From assembly GCA_965214745.1 (NCBI GenBank), contig OZ243978.1, positions 2,807,554-2,871,553 of the forward strand: 64,000 nt of DNA, given 5' to 3'. Each line of letters opens with the position of its first letter. The first letter of the stretch is position 1. The DNA is from Dehalococcoidia bacterium. GTDB lineage: Bacteria; Chloroflexota; Dehalococcoidia; Lucifugimonadales; UBA1123. Under the pieces are notes generated by a model, which saw only the letters and a list, made by a program, of their open reading frames with translations, was not told where the DNA came from and made no database searches. This document shows, piece by piece, positions 16,726 to 24,646 of the stretch. The position numbers and the translations under genes are program-made.

Positions 16726-17961
16726 ATGTGTAAGAGACTGGCGCTGTTGAGCCTGCACGGCTGCCCCGTGGCGCGGCTGGGAGAGAAAGACACCGGCGGC
16801 ATGAACGTATACCTGCTTCAGATGGCGAAGCGGTTCGCGCGGCTCGGCTGGCGCGTGGACGTGTTCACGCGGCGGCACGACCCTTGCGACGCGAGCGTTG
16901 TTTCGCTCGAAGACGGCGCGCGCGTGGTTCACCTAGACGCAGGCCCCCAAGATACGGGCAAGTACGATCTAGTGAACTACATCCCGCAGTTCCTCGCCGG
17001 CTTGCGAGAATTCCGGCAGAGTCAGAACGCCTCTTACGATCTGGTCCACTCCCACTACTGGCTTTCATGCGCCGTAGGCGCGGCGCTCGGACGCGAATGG
17101 GGAGTTCCGCACGTCGCCACCTTCCACACGCTCGCGCTCGCCAAGATGAAGGCGCGCGCCGGCGAGAGCGAGCCGCGCATTCGGCAGCGCATCGAGACCG
17201 ACGCGGCGCGCGGCGCAGACAGCCTAGTCGTCTTCACCGAAGAGGAGCGCGACGACCTCGCATCTCTGTACGGCGCGCCCATCCATAGGATAGCCATAAT
17301 GCCGCAGGGCGTAGACCTAGAGCGCTTCTCGCCGGTGGGCAAGTCCGCCGCGCGCCGCGCGCTGGGCATCGGCGAAGACGAGCGCGTCGTCCTGTACGTC
17401 GGGCGGATGGACCCGCTCAAGGGCATAGACATCCTGCTTCGCGCGCTGCCGCTGATGGAGTGCGGCGACAACGCGCGCGCGCTGATAGTGGGCGGCAGCC
17501 AGCGCGGAGACGCCGAGCGCGCCCGCCTCGAATCCCTAGCCGCCAAGCTCGGAGTCGCGGACGCGACCACATTCGTGGGACCTGTGCCGCAAGCCGAGCT
17601 TCCCGCGTACTACAGCGCGGCGGACGTTTTCGTAGCGCCGTCTCATTCGGAGAGCTTCGGGCTTGCCGCGCTGGAGGCGATGTCTTGCGGAACGCCCGTC
17701 GTAGCGTCGCGCGTCGGCGGACTCAAGAAGACAGTCTCCAACGGAGAGAGCGGATACTTGGTGGCGTGGCGCTGCCCGGAGGCGTTCGCTCAGCGGCTCG
17801 ACGTGCTGATGGCGAATCCCGCGCTTCGCGCCGCCATGGGCGCGGCCGCGCGCGAAACCGCGCTGCGTATGAGCTGGGAAGCCGCGGCCGAGCGGCTGAC
17901 CGAACACTACGACGCGCTGCTCGCCGACCGCTCATCCCCCGCCGCGGTCGCCGGCGGCTGA
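16726..17961 (+). CDS. Glycosyltransferase family 4 (MshA-like)
   Basis: N-terminal GEKDTGGMNVY, C-terminal GT-B region PSHSESFGLAALEAMSCGTPVV. GAGGAG SD. Confidence 0.8.
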   Translation: MCKRLALLSLHGCPVARLGEKDTGGMNVYLLQMAKRFARLGWRVDVFTRRHDPCDASVVSLEDGARVVHLDAGPQDTGKYDLVNYIPQFLAGLREFRQSQNASYDLVHSHYWLSCAVGAALGREWGVPHVATFHTLALAKMKARAGESEPRIRQRIETDAARGADSLVVFTEEERDDLASLYGAPIHRIAIMPQGVDLERFSPVGKSAARRALGIGEDERVVLYVGRMDPLKGIDILLRALPLMECGDNARALIVGGSQRGDAERARLESLAAKLGVADATTFVGPVPQAELPAYYSAADVFVAPSHSESFGLAALEAMSCGTPVVASRVGGLKKTVSNGESGYLVAWRCPEAFAQRLDVLMANPALRAAMGAAARETALRMSWEAAAERLTEHYDALLADRSSPAAVAGG

Positions 17962-18028
17962 CCGCCCGCGGCGCCCCCGATAGACAGCCACGCTCCCCGC
18001 CTCATGTCCTGAACTGCCCCGTTCATCC

Positions 18029-19363
18029 ATGCAAAAGAGAACCCATCCCATGCCTTTCGACAACATAGACCTATTCCCAACCACCGCCAGCGTGAACGCG
18101 CGCGACCGCCTGACCATAGGCGGCTGCGACGCGGTTGAGCTTGCCGAGCGGTTCGGCACGCCGCTTCTGGTGTACGACGACGCCACCCTGCGCGGCATGT
18201 GTCGCGCGTTCACGCAAGAGTTCCGCGCGCGATACGCCAAAAGCTCGGTGGTGTACGCATCCAAGGCGTTCGTCAACCCCGCCATAGCGCGGCTGGTGGC
18301 GGAAGAAGGGCTTGGTTTGGACGTGGTTTCCGGAGGTGAGCTTGCGGTAGCCGCAGCCGCGAACGTCGATATGGATGGCGTGTTCTTCCACGGCAACAAC
18401 AAGACGCCGCAGGAACTGGAATACGCGCTAGACATCGGCTGCGGGCGCATAGTGGTGGACAGCTTCCACGAGCTTCGCCTGCTGAACGACATCGCCAAAT
18501 CGCGCGGCGCTACGCAGAAGATACTCCTGAGACTTTCGCCGAACGTAGATCCGCACACCCACGCCAAGACGACGACAGGCATTCTGGACAGCAAGTTCGG
18601 ATTCTCGATAGAGACTGGAGACTCTGCCGCCGCGGTGCGGCAGGCGCTCGCCGCCTCCAACCTAGACCTCGTGGGGCTGCACTTCCATCTCGGATCGCCG
18701 ATATTCGAGCTAGAGCCATACGCCATAGCCATAGACGCGGCGCTGACCCACCTCGCGCAGTTCAGGGGCGAAGGGCTAGACATGCGCGAGTTCAGCCCGG
18801 GCGGCGGGTTCGCCATAGGCTACGTGCGCGACGAGCCTCCCCCCGCGGTGGCGGACTACGCCGAGACGATAACCTCGATATTCGCGCGCCGCTGCGCCGA
18901 GCTTGGCTTCGGCTCGCCGCGCCTGATAATCGAGCCGGGACGCTCCATCGTGGGCAGGGCGGGCGTGGCGCTCTACAGCGTGGGCGCAATCAAGACCATC
19001 CCCAGCGTGCGAAAGTACGTATCGCTAGACGGCGGCATGGGCGACAACATCCGCCCCGCGCTGTACGGCTCGCAGTACGAGGCGGTCGTCGCCTCGCGCA
19101 TGTCCGACGCGCCGAGCGAGACGGTGACGCTCGCCGGCAAGTACTGCGAATCGGGCGACGTGCTGGTGCGAGACATCGCCATGCCGGAGCTGGAACCGGG
19201 AGACGTAATCGCCGTGCCGTCTTCCGGCGCCTACGCGCCCTCTATGGCAAGCAACTACAACCTGAACCCGCGCCCGCCCATAGTCATAGCCGCCGACGGC
19301 GACGCGCGCCTAATCCGCCGCAGAGAAAGCTACGCCGACATGATGGCGCTGGACGTGGGATAA
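18029..19363 (+). CDS. lysA: Diaminopimelate decarboxylase
   Basis: TPLLVYDD, YASKAF (PLP-Lys), GLHFHLGS, EPGRSIVG and CESGD motifs. ATG 18050 is an alternative start. Confidence 0.9.
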   Translation: MQKRTHPMPFDNIDLFPTTASVNARDRLTIGGCDAVELAERFGTPLLVYDDATLRGMCRAFTQEFRARYAKSSVVYASKAFVNPAIARLVAEEGLGLDVVSGGELAVAAAANVDMDGVFFHGNNKTPQELEYALDIGCGRIVVDSFHELRLLNDIAKSRGATQKILLRLSPNVDPHTHAKTTTGILDSKFGFSIETGDSAAAVRQALAASNLDLVGLHFHLGSPIFELEPYAIAIDAALTHLAQFRGEGLDMREFSPGGGFAIGYVRDEPPPAVADYAETITSIFARRCAELGFGSPRLIIEPGRSIVGRAGVALYSVGAIKTIPSVRKYVSLDGGMGDNIRPALYGSQYEAVVASRMSDAPSETVTLAGKYCESGDVLVRDIAMPELEPGDVIAVPSSGAYAPSMASNYNLNPRPPIVIAADGDARLIRRRESYADMMALDVG

Positions 19364-19373
19364 GAGCGGGCGT

Positions 19374-19937
19374 TCAGGCCGAGTCGGATACCCATTCCAA
19401 ACGCGCCTTCAAGCCGTTGAGATGACTCCACGGCAATAAGCCTTCATGCTGTAGGCGCCCGACGACTATGCCCGGCGCTATCCCCTGCTCTTCCGCGAAG
19501 TCCAGAACGCGATACTTGCTGAATCCGCGCGAATGGGTGAACCGTTCCCAACTGTCGGGCGGGATGAGAAAGTCGGCAGCCCACTTGTCGGCTTCTTCGT
19601 CGAATTCCGTTATCCTGCCCTTTTCGTCGTGAATGAAGACATCCCGCTTGCCATGCAGGAGAATGTGTCCCGCTTCGTGAAAGAAGCCGAACCACAGCTG
19701 ATCGTCGCTCATATGGCGCGCGCTCAGCTGAATCAGCGCCTTGCGAGGCGACACCCATCGGCTGACGCCGCTGAGCGCAGTTTTCGGCAGAGGCTTTACG
19801 ATTGCAAATACGACGCCCGACTCTTGGCAGAGCCGTCGAGCGGTTTCGAGCGTCTCGACTGTTGCCGCCGGAGTGAGGCGGCGAATGCGCGCGAGCGCTT
19901 CCCTGAACCTCGCCGCGCTGTAGTCGGCGCACTCCAT
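19374..19937 (-). CDS. ImmA/IrrE family metallopeptidase segment (downstream part of a split HTH-ImmA gene)
   Basis: HEAGH zinc motif (FGFFHEAGHILLHG). In the same frame as the upstream HTH ORF, separated from it by one TAG and 19 sense codons. Confidence 0.75.
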   Translation of the reverse strand: MECADYSAARFREALARIRRLTPAATVETLETARRLCQESGVVFAIVKPLPKTALSGVSRWVSPRKALIQLSARHMSDDQLWFGFFHEAGHILLHGKRDVFIHDEKGRITEFDEEADKWAADFLIPPDSWERFTHSRGFSKYRVLDFAEEQGIAPGIVVGRLQHEGLLPWSHLNGLKARLEWVSDSA

Positions 19938-19994
19938 CCGCTCCGCCTCTACCTCGCCTAGACGAAGCCACGTAGCTAGCGCGCGATCATCGCT

Positions 19995-20474
19995 CTAGAA
20001 GCTCGCGGAATGTCTATATGCGACCGCTGGGTTGGCATACCGATTCGCCAACGCATCTTTCGACGCGACGCCGAAGAACGAGAGCAGAAAGGAGACTCTG
20101 TCCGCGAGCGATTCGGGCTTGGGGATTGCGCCGCGCTCGACAAGCTCGTTTACAGGAAAACCTTTCGCCCAATCCGCCAACTCCGCCGCGCGACGAGATT
20201 CCCTCTCCCGTTCGCGGTGGAGCTGGTATTCCGATTCGATGCCGAGCCAGATGCGCGCGTCCACGCCCAGCGTCTTCTCGAACTGGACCGCGGTCTTCGG
20301 CTGTATAGCCGCCTTCCCAGAGATTATGTCGCTAATCAGCTTCGACGACCTGCCGCATCGCCGCGCGAACTCGGCTTGCGACATGCCCATCGTGTCGAGC
20401 CGTTCTTCGAGAACCCAGCCCGGAGGGATGGCGTAATCTGGTTCGTATATGTATCCCGTGGTTGCCATGTTCAT
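19995..20474 (-). CDS. XRE/HigA(VapI)-type HTH protein segment (upstream part of a split HTH-ImmA gene)
   Basis: HTH MSQAEFARRCGRSSKLISDIISGK. The C-terminal linker FFGVASKDAL...AYRHSASF stops at TAG 19997-19995. Confidence 0.75.
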   Translation of the reverse strand: MNMATTGYIYEPDYAIPPGWVLEERLDTMGMSQAEFARRCGRSSKLISDIISGKAAIQPKTAVQFEKTLGVDARIWLGIESEYQLHRERERESRRAAELADWAKGFPVNELVERGAIPKPESLADRVSFLLSFFGVASKDALANRYANPAVAYRHSASF

Positions 20475-20485
20475 ATACCCTATCA

Positions 20486-20500
20486 GTGGTAGTCTACCAC
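20486..20500. promoter_or_regulatory. 15-bp palindrome GTGGTAG-N-CTACCAC upstream of the HTH gene (putative operator)
   Basis: Perfect 7-bp arms ending about 12 nt upstream of the ORF-track ATG at 20474. Confidence 0.4.
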
Positions 20501-20786
20501 CTCCAAAATGGTAATCGCGCTTACTTTATCAGTATCGACGCCGCCATCTTGCCTTCTCGGTATAGGGTTGCGGGTTGGCGCGAATATCAGCCTATAGGAG
20601 TGAACGAGATCGACCGCCCAAGAATCGCAAGTCTGCGCTGTCGAGATGGGCGCCAACAGCCATATCTCACAGTAACGCCACCTATTCCCGCATACCGCCC
20701 TAGATGCTGTAAACTGCGCCACATCGCCAATTCTATCCCGGTCGTCCTAGCAAACCTATGCGGTCATTCCCTTCGAGGTCTCCACA

Positions 20787-22172
20787 ATGCCCAGCCAGCT
20801 CTTCTCATCAGCCAAGTCCATCGCCGCCGCGATTCGCGCGCGGGACGTGTCCGCCGTCGAGGTGGTCGAGGCGCATCTGGAGCGCGTCGAGCAGGTCGAC
20901 GGGCAGCTCAACGCCGTCGTCGCGCTGTGCGGCGAGCGCGCGATGGACGAGGCGCGGGCGGCTGACGACGCGCTAACTCGCGGCGAGGAGGGCGGCGCGC
21001 TGCTAGGCGTTCCCATCACCGTGAAAGACTCGCACGACACGGCGGGCGTCGTCTCCACCGCCGGCACGCTGGGGCGCAAAGACCACGTTCCTACGCGCGA
21101 CGCGACGGCGGTGGCGCGGATGCGCGCGGCGGGCGCGATAGTTCTGGGCAAGACGAACACGCCTGAGTTCACGCTGGCGTTCGAGACGGAAAACCTAGTC
21201 TACGGGCGCACGAACAACCCATACGACGCGGAGCGGACGCCGGGCGGCAGCAGCGGCGGCGCGGCGGCTATCATCGCAGTGGGCGGATCCGCGCTAGACC
21301 TCGGCACAGACACCGGCGGCAGCATCCGCGTTCCCGCCGCGTTCTGCGGCATCGCCGGACTCAAGCCCACCTCCGGGCGCGTCCCGCGGACGGGCCACGC
21401 CGTGCCGTGGGGCATGGGAGGCATGGACACGCTCACCACCATAGGGCCTATGGCGCGGTTCGTAGAAGACCTCGCGCTCGCGCTGCCCATCATCGCGGGC
21501 GCGGACGGCGTAGACCCCGCCATCCACGACGCGCCGCTCGGCGATCCCGCAGACGTGGACGTCGGCGCGCTAAGGGTGGCGTTCTTCACAGACAACGGCA
21601 CGGTTGGCCCAACCGCCGAAGTGGACGCCGCAATCCGCGAAGCCGCTCGCGCGCTAGCCGACGCGGGCGCGGACGTAACGGAAGATATGCCCGCGTTCAT
21701 CGCCGAGAACCTCGGCGGCAGCATCCTCACGGCGGACGGCGGCGCGGCGGTGCGCCGACTCGTCGACGCGGCAGGCACGACCGAAACGCATAGGTGGATG
21801 CGGCGGTTCGTCGAGGCGTCCGAGCCGCTCAGCATCGAAGAGTACACCGCGCTGCTGGAGCGCATGGACGACTACCGCAGCCGCATGCTCGCGTTCATGC
21901 GAGATTACGACGCGCTGCTCAGCCCCGTCCGCCCGTATGCCGCGCCGCCGCACGGAGAATCCATGACGACGGAGAACAGCGCCGCCAACCTGTACACCAG
22001 CGCATTCAACACCACTGGTTCGCCCGGCGCCGTCGCGCGCGTGGGGACGTCTGCGGAAGGGCTGCCCATAGGCGCGCAGGTCATAGCGCGCCCGTGGCGG
22101 GAGGATGTCGCGCTCGCGCTAGCCGCCGCGCTCGAATCCGCGCTGGGGGGATACCGAAAGCCGGAGATTTAG
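20787..22172 (+). CDS. Amidase (amidase-signature family), paralogue 1
   Basis: Catalytic Lys (ITVKDS), GGSSGG, GTDTGGSIRVPA. C-terminus ALESALGGYRKPEI. Confidence 0.9.
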   Translation: MPSQLFSSAKSIAAAIRARDVSAVEVVEAHLERVEQVDGQLNAVVALCGERAMDEARAADDALTRGEEGGALLGVPITVKDSHDTAGVVSTAGTLGRKDHVPTRDATAVARMRAAGAIVLGKTNTPEFTLAFETENLVYGRTNNPYDAERTPGGSSGGAAAIIAVGGSALDLGTDTGGSIRVPAAFCGIAGLKPTSGRVPRTGHAVPWGMGGMDTLTTIGPMARFVEDLALALPIIAGADGVDPAIHDAPLGDPADVDVGALRVAFFTDNGTVGPTAEVDAAIREAARALADAGADVTEDMPAFIAENLGGSILTADGGAAVRRLVDAAGTTETHRWMRRFVEASEPLSIEEYTALLERMDDYRSRMLAFMRDYDALLSPVRPYAAPPHGESMTTENSAANLYTSAFNTTGSPGAVARVGTSAEGLPIGAQVIARPWREDVALALAAALESALGGYRKPEI

Positions 22173-22201
22173 CGGCGATGCTTGCCGTATCTCACAGAGA
22201 T

Positions 22202-22297
22202 GTGCAGGATGAACGGGATATTCGAGGCGATGGGCGGACGGATCCCCGCAGTGCGGTTATCCTGAGCATCCCCCGAAACCCCTTCATCCTGTAAATC
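22202..22297. repeat. Inverted pair of REP-like repeats forming a long imperfect hairpin between convergent genes
   Basis: GTGCAGGATGAACGGGAT...(centre CCCCGCAGTGCGG)...CCCCTTCATCCTGTAAATC. The arms CAGGATGAA/TTCATCCTG are complementary. Confidence 0.55.
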
Positions 22298-22326
22298 TAC
22301 GCAATCGTGGGCAAATTCAGTGGCGA

Positions 22327-22770
22327 CTACCTCGGAGCGGTGGCGAGGACAACAACGAGACGGGCAAACTCGCGTATGTCTTCAATCATCGTGCCCCTTA
22401 CCCTGCTCAAAGGCTGGCTTGGGAATACTTCCAATCCTCCCGTATCGACATCGTAGCCCCAGCTAGCAATCAACTCCATATAGTTATCGATAGCCTCTCC
22501 TCGGTGATTAGGCAAATAGTGTTCAAGGTGCTGGCGACAAGGTAACATAAGAGAGTCTCCGCCTCTGATTGCCATAAGGGATACAGTTCCGCAACCACTA
22601 TTTGGGCTGTTGACCCTCAGCGAGAACCCCCGTGAGCCGATGGTGTTCGCTTGGAAACGACCGTCCCCGACACTCTCGACCGTATTCGTGAGACGCGGAA
22701 CAAGTGCGCGGCGCACTTCCACCACTAGCTCGCTTCGCCACATTTCCGGGGAAACGCGAGATCTACGCAT
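22327..22770 (-). CDS. Hypothetical protein in a lower-GC islet
   Basis: ATG 22770 is preceded by AAGGAGG at 7 nt and by a near-consensus promoter. No recognisable domain. GC is about 50% against about 65% in the flanks. Confidence 0.6.
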   Translation of the reverse strand: MRRSRVSPEMWRSELVVEVRRALVPRLTNTVESVGDGRFQANTIGSRGFSLRVNSPNSGCGTVSLMAIRGGDSLMLPCRQHLEHYLPNHRGEAIDNYMELIASWGYDVDTGGLEVFPSQPLSRVRGTMIEDIREFARLVVVLATAPR

Positions 22771-22810
22771 GCCAATCCTCCTTACAAGTTGATTATACAG
22801 CACTGCATAC

Positions 22811-22840
22811 AGTATATAGCAGGCTTTATCACTTTGTCAA
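22811..22840 (-). promoter_or_regulatory. Near-consensus sigma70 promoter of the orphan ORF
   Basis: Minus strand reads TTGACA-N16-TATATA (or N18-TATACT), about 40 nt upstream of ATG 22770. Confidence 0.6.
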
Positions 22841-23063
22841 TACGCCATCGCCAGTTGAAATCAGATTACAGGACAGGCTAAGCGCAACAAGCAACGAGAA
22901 TAGCGCCGCTCACCCTACCCTATCCCTCTGGATTCCGACTTTCGTCGGAATAACGGATTGAGGGCAGAAATAGCCAGTTTGCGGCGAGGCGACTCAGCCC
23001 CGAAAGCGGCGACGCTATGATACTCTAGCCGCTATCAGGCACATCCCCGCCAAATGACCATCG

Positions 23064-23086
23064 CCTATCCCGCGCATCCTGTAAAT
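23064..23086. repeat. Dispersed GGAT-phased intergenic repeat (REP-like), copy
   Basis: CCTATCCCGCGCATCCTGTAAAT, ending 18 nt upstream of the amidase-2 ATG. Confidence 0.6.
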
Positions 23087-23104
23087 TCATGCTGAGGTCC
23101 CCCC

Positions 23105-24595
23105 ATGTCGTCGGACATCATCTACCGCTCCGCCAAGCACATCGCCGAATCCATACGCGAAAAGCGCGTGTCGGCTGTCGAGGTCGTCGAGGCGCATCTG
23201 GCGCAGATAGAGGAGTTGAATCCCCACATCAACGCCGTAGTCGCGCTGTGCGCGGAGCGCGCGCTGGACGAGGCCAAGGCAGCCGACGCCGCTATCGCGC
23301 GGGGCGACGAGCTTGGCGCGCTGCACGGCGTCCCCATGACGCTCAAGGACTCGCTGGACACCGAGGGCGTCGTCACCACGGGCGGCACGATGGGGCGCAA
23401 AGATTACGTGCCTGAGCGCGATTCGACCGTGGCGGCGCGACTGCGAGCGGCGGGCGCGATTCTGCTGGGCAAGACGAACACGCCTGAACTTACGCTCGCG
23501 GGGGAGACGGACAACCTCGTCTACGGGAGAACGAACAACCCTTGGGACATGCGGCGCGCGCCGGGCGGCAGCAGCGGCGGCGCGGCGGCTATCGTGTCCG
23601 TCGGCGGCTCGGCGTTCGACATCGGCTCCGACACCGGCGGCTCGATACGCGGCCCCGCGCACTGCTGCGGCATCACCGGCATCAAGCCCACGTCCGGGCG
23701 CGTCCCTCGCACAGGGCACGTCATCCCCTACGGCATGGGCGCGACCGACGCCTTCACCCAAAACGGGCCTATGGCGCGCCGCGTGGAAGACCTCGCGCTC
23801 ATCCTGCCCATCATATCCGGGCCAGACTGGGAAGATCCCGCCATCGTCCCCATGCCGCTCGGAGATCCGGCGGATGTGTCCATCGAGGGGTTGCGGGTAG
23901 CCATCTACGGCGTCGACGAGGGGCAAATCCCTGAGCCATACACTCCCCCATCCGAAGACACGATGAGCGTCATGGAAAGCGTCGTCGCCGCGCTCGAATC
24001 GCTTGGCGCGGCCGTCTCCCCCGCCGCGCCCACCGAGCAGCTGCGCCGCGTCCCAGAGCTTCAAGCGAAGGTGAGCGGCGGCGACGGGCGCGCTTGGGTG
24101 TGGCGGCTTCTAGACAAAGCGGGAACGCGAACCGAAGACGTGTCGCCCTTCCTGAAGAAGCGGTTCGAGGAGGCGGAGACCATCTCCACCGAAGAGTTCG
24201 CGCTTGCGCTGGAAGAGCTGGACAGGTATCGCAGCGAAATGCTCGGCTTCATGCACGACTACGAGTACGACGCGATAATCTGCCCCGTATCGTCCGGACC
24301 CGCGCCGATGCACGGGCAGACTTTCGAGCCACAGAACCGCAACGCATCGTACACAGGCCCCTACAATCTCACGGGGTGGCCCTCTACAGTCGTTCCCGTC
24401 GCATTCTCTCAGCGGATGCCATTAGGCATTCAGATAGTCGCCCGCCCTTGGCGCGAAGACGTCTCGCTGGCGCTCGCGCAAAGTCTGGATCCGGACTCTG
24501 CGGGGTGGACGTTCCCATCCAACGCATCTATGGATTCGGACTGGCGCGGCATCCCCGCCCCGAAAGCGGGTCCGCTGTGGTACTTTAACGACTAG
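23105..24595 (+). CDS. Amidase (amidase-signature family), paralogue 2, with divergent extended C-terminus
   Basis: MTLKDS, GGSSGG, GSDTGGSIRGPA. The N-terminal 250 aa or so are very similar to paralogue 3. The tail DPDSAGWTFPSNASMDSDWRGIPAPKAGPLWYFND replaces the ESALGGW/YRKP ending of the other two. Confidence 0.88.
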   Translation: MSSDIIYRSAKHIAESIREKRVSAVEVVEAHLAQIEELNPHINAVVALCAERALDEAKAADAAIARGDELGALHGVPMTLKDSLDTEGVVTTGGTMGRKDYVPERDSTVAARLRAAGAILLGKTNTPELTLAGETDNLVYGRTNNPWDMRRAPGGSSGGAAAIVSVGGSAFDIGSDTGGSIRGPAHCCGITGIKPTSGRVPRTGHVIPYGMGATDAFTQNGPMARRVEDLALILPIISGPDWEDPAIVPMPLGDPADVSIEGLRVAIYGVDEGQIPEPYTPPSEDTMSVMESVVAALESLGAAVSPAAPTEQLRRVPELQAKVSGGDGRAWVWRLLDKAGTRTEDVSPFLKKRFEEAETISTEEFALALEELDRYRSEMLGFMHDYEYDAIICPVSSGPAPMHGQTFEPQNRNASYTGPYNLTGWPSTVVPVAFSQRMPLGIQIVARPWREDVSLALAQSLDPDSAGWTFPSNASMDSDWRGIPAPKAGPLWYFND

Positions 24596-24646
24596 TCATC
24601 CCATTCATACCGTGAACCTATGCAATAATCCGCGCGGAGGTCTCCG

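Noticed and set aside
4905-20474. Genome-wide stop-codon reassignment as the explanation for the in-frame TGA (rhodanese) and in-frame TAG (HTH-ImmA)
   Set aside because: TGA and TAG terminate many well-supported genes at the expected lengths. TGA ends the ACAD, Fic and fmt genes. TAG ends the HExxH protein, thrC and the GNAT gene. The two cases must be local events: Sec recoding, a nonsense mutation or a sequence error.
20462-20965. 167-aa plus-strand ORF bridging the 312-bp spacer and the start of amidase 1. The 85-aa ORF at 22704-22961 is a similar case
   Set aside because: Both run out of frame into, or antisense to, confidently called genes. Neither has an RBS or start context, and both translate to low-complexity or atypical sequence.
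22932-22951. 8-bp hairpin ATTCCGAC-TTTC-GTCGGAAT as a rho-independent terminator or riboswitch element
   Set aside because: No U-run follows on either strand. It lies upstream of both divergent promoters, so it is probably not transcribed with either gene. I kept it only as a descriptive detail of the orphan-gene islet.
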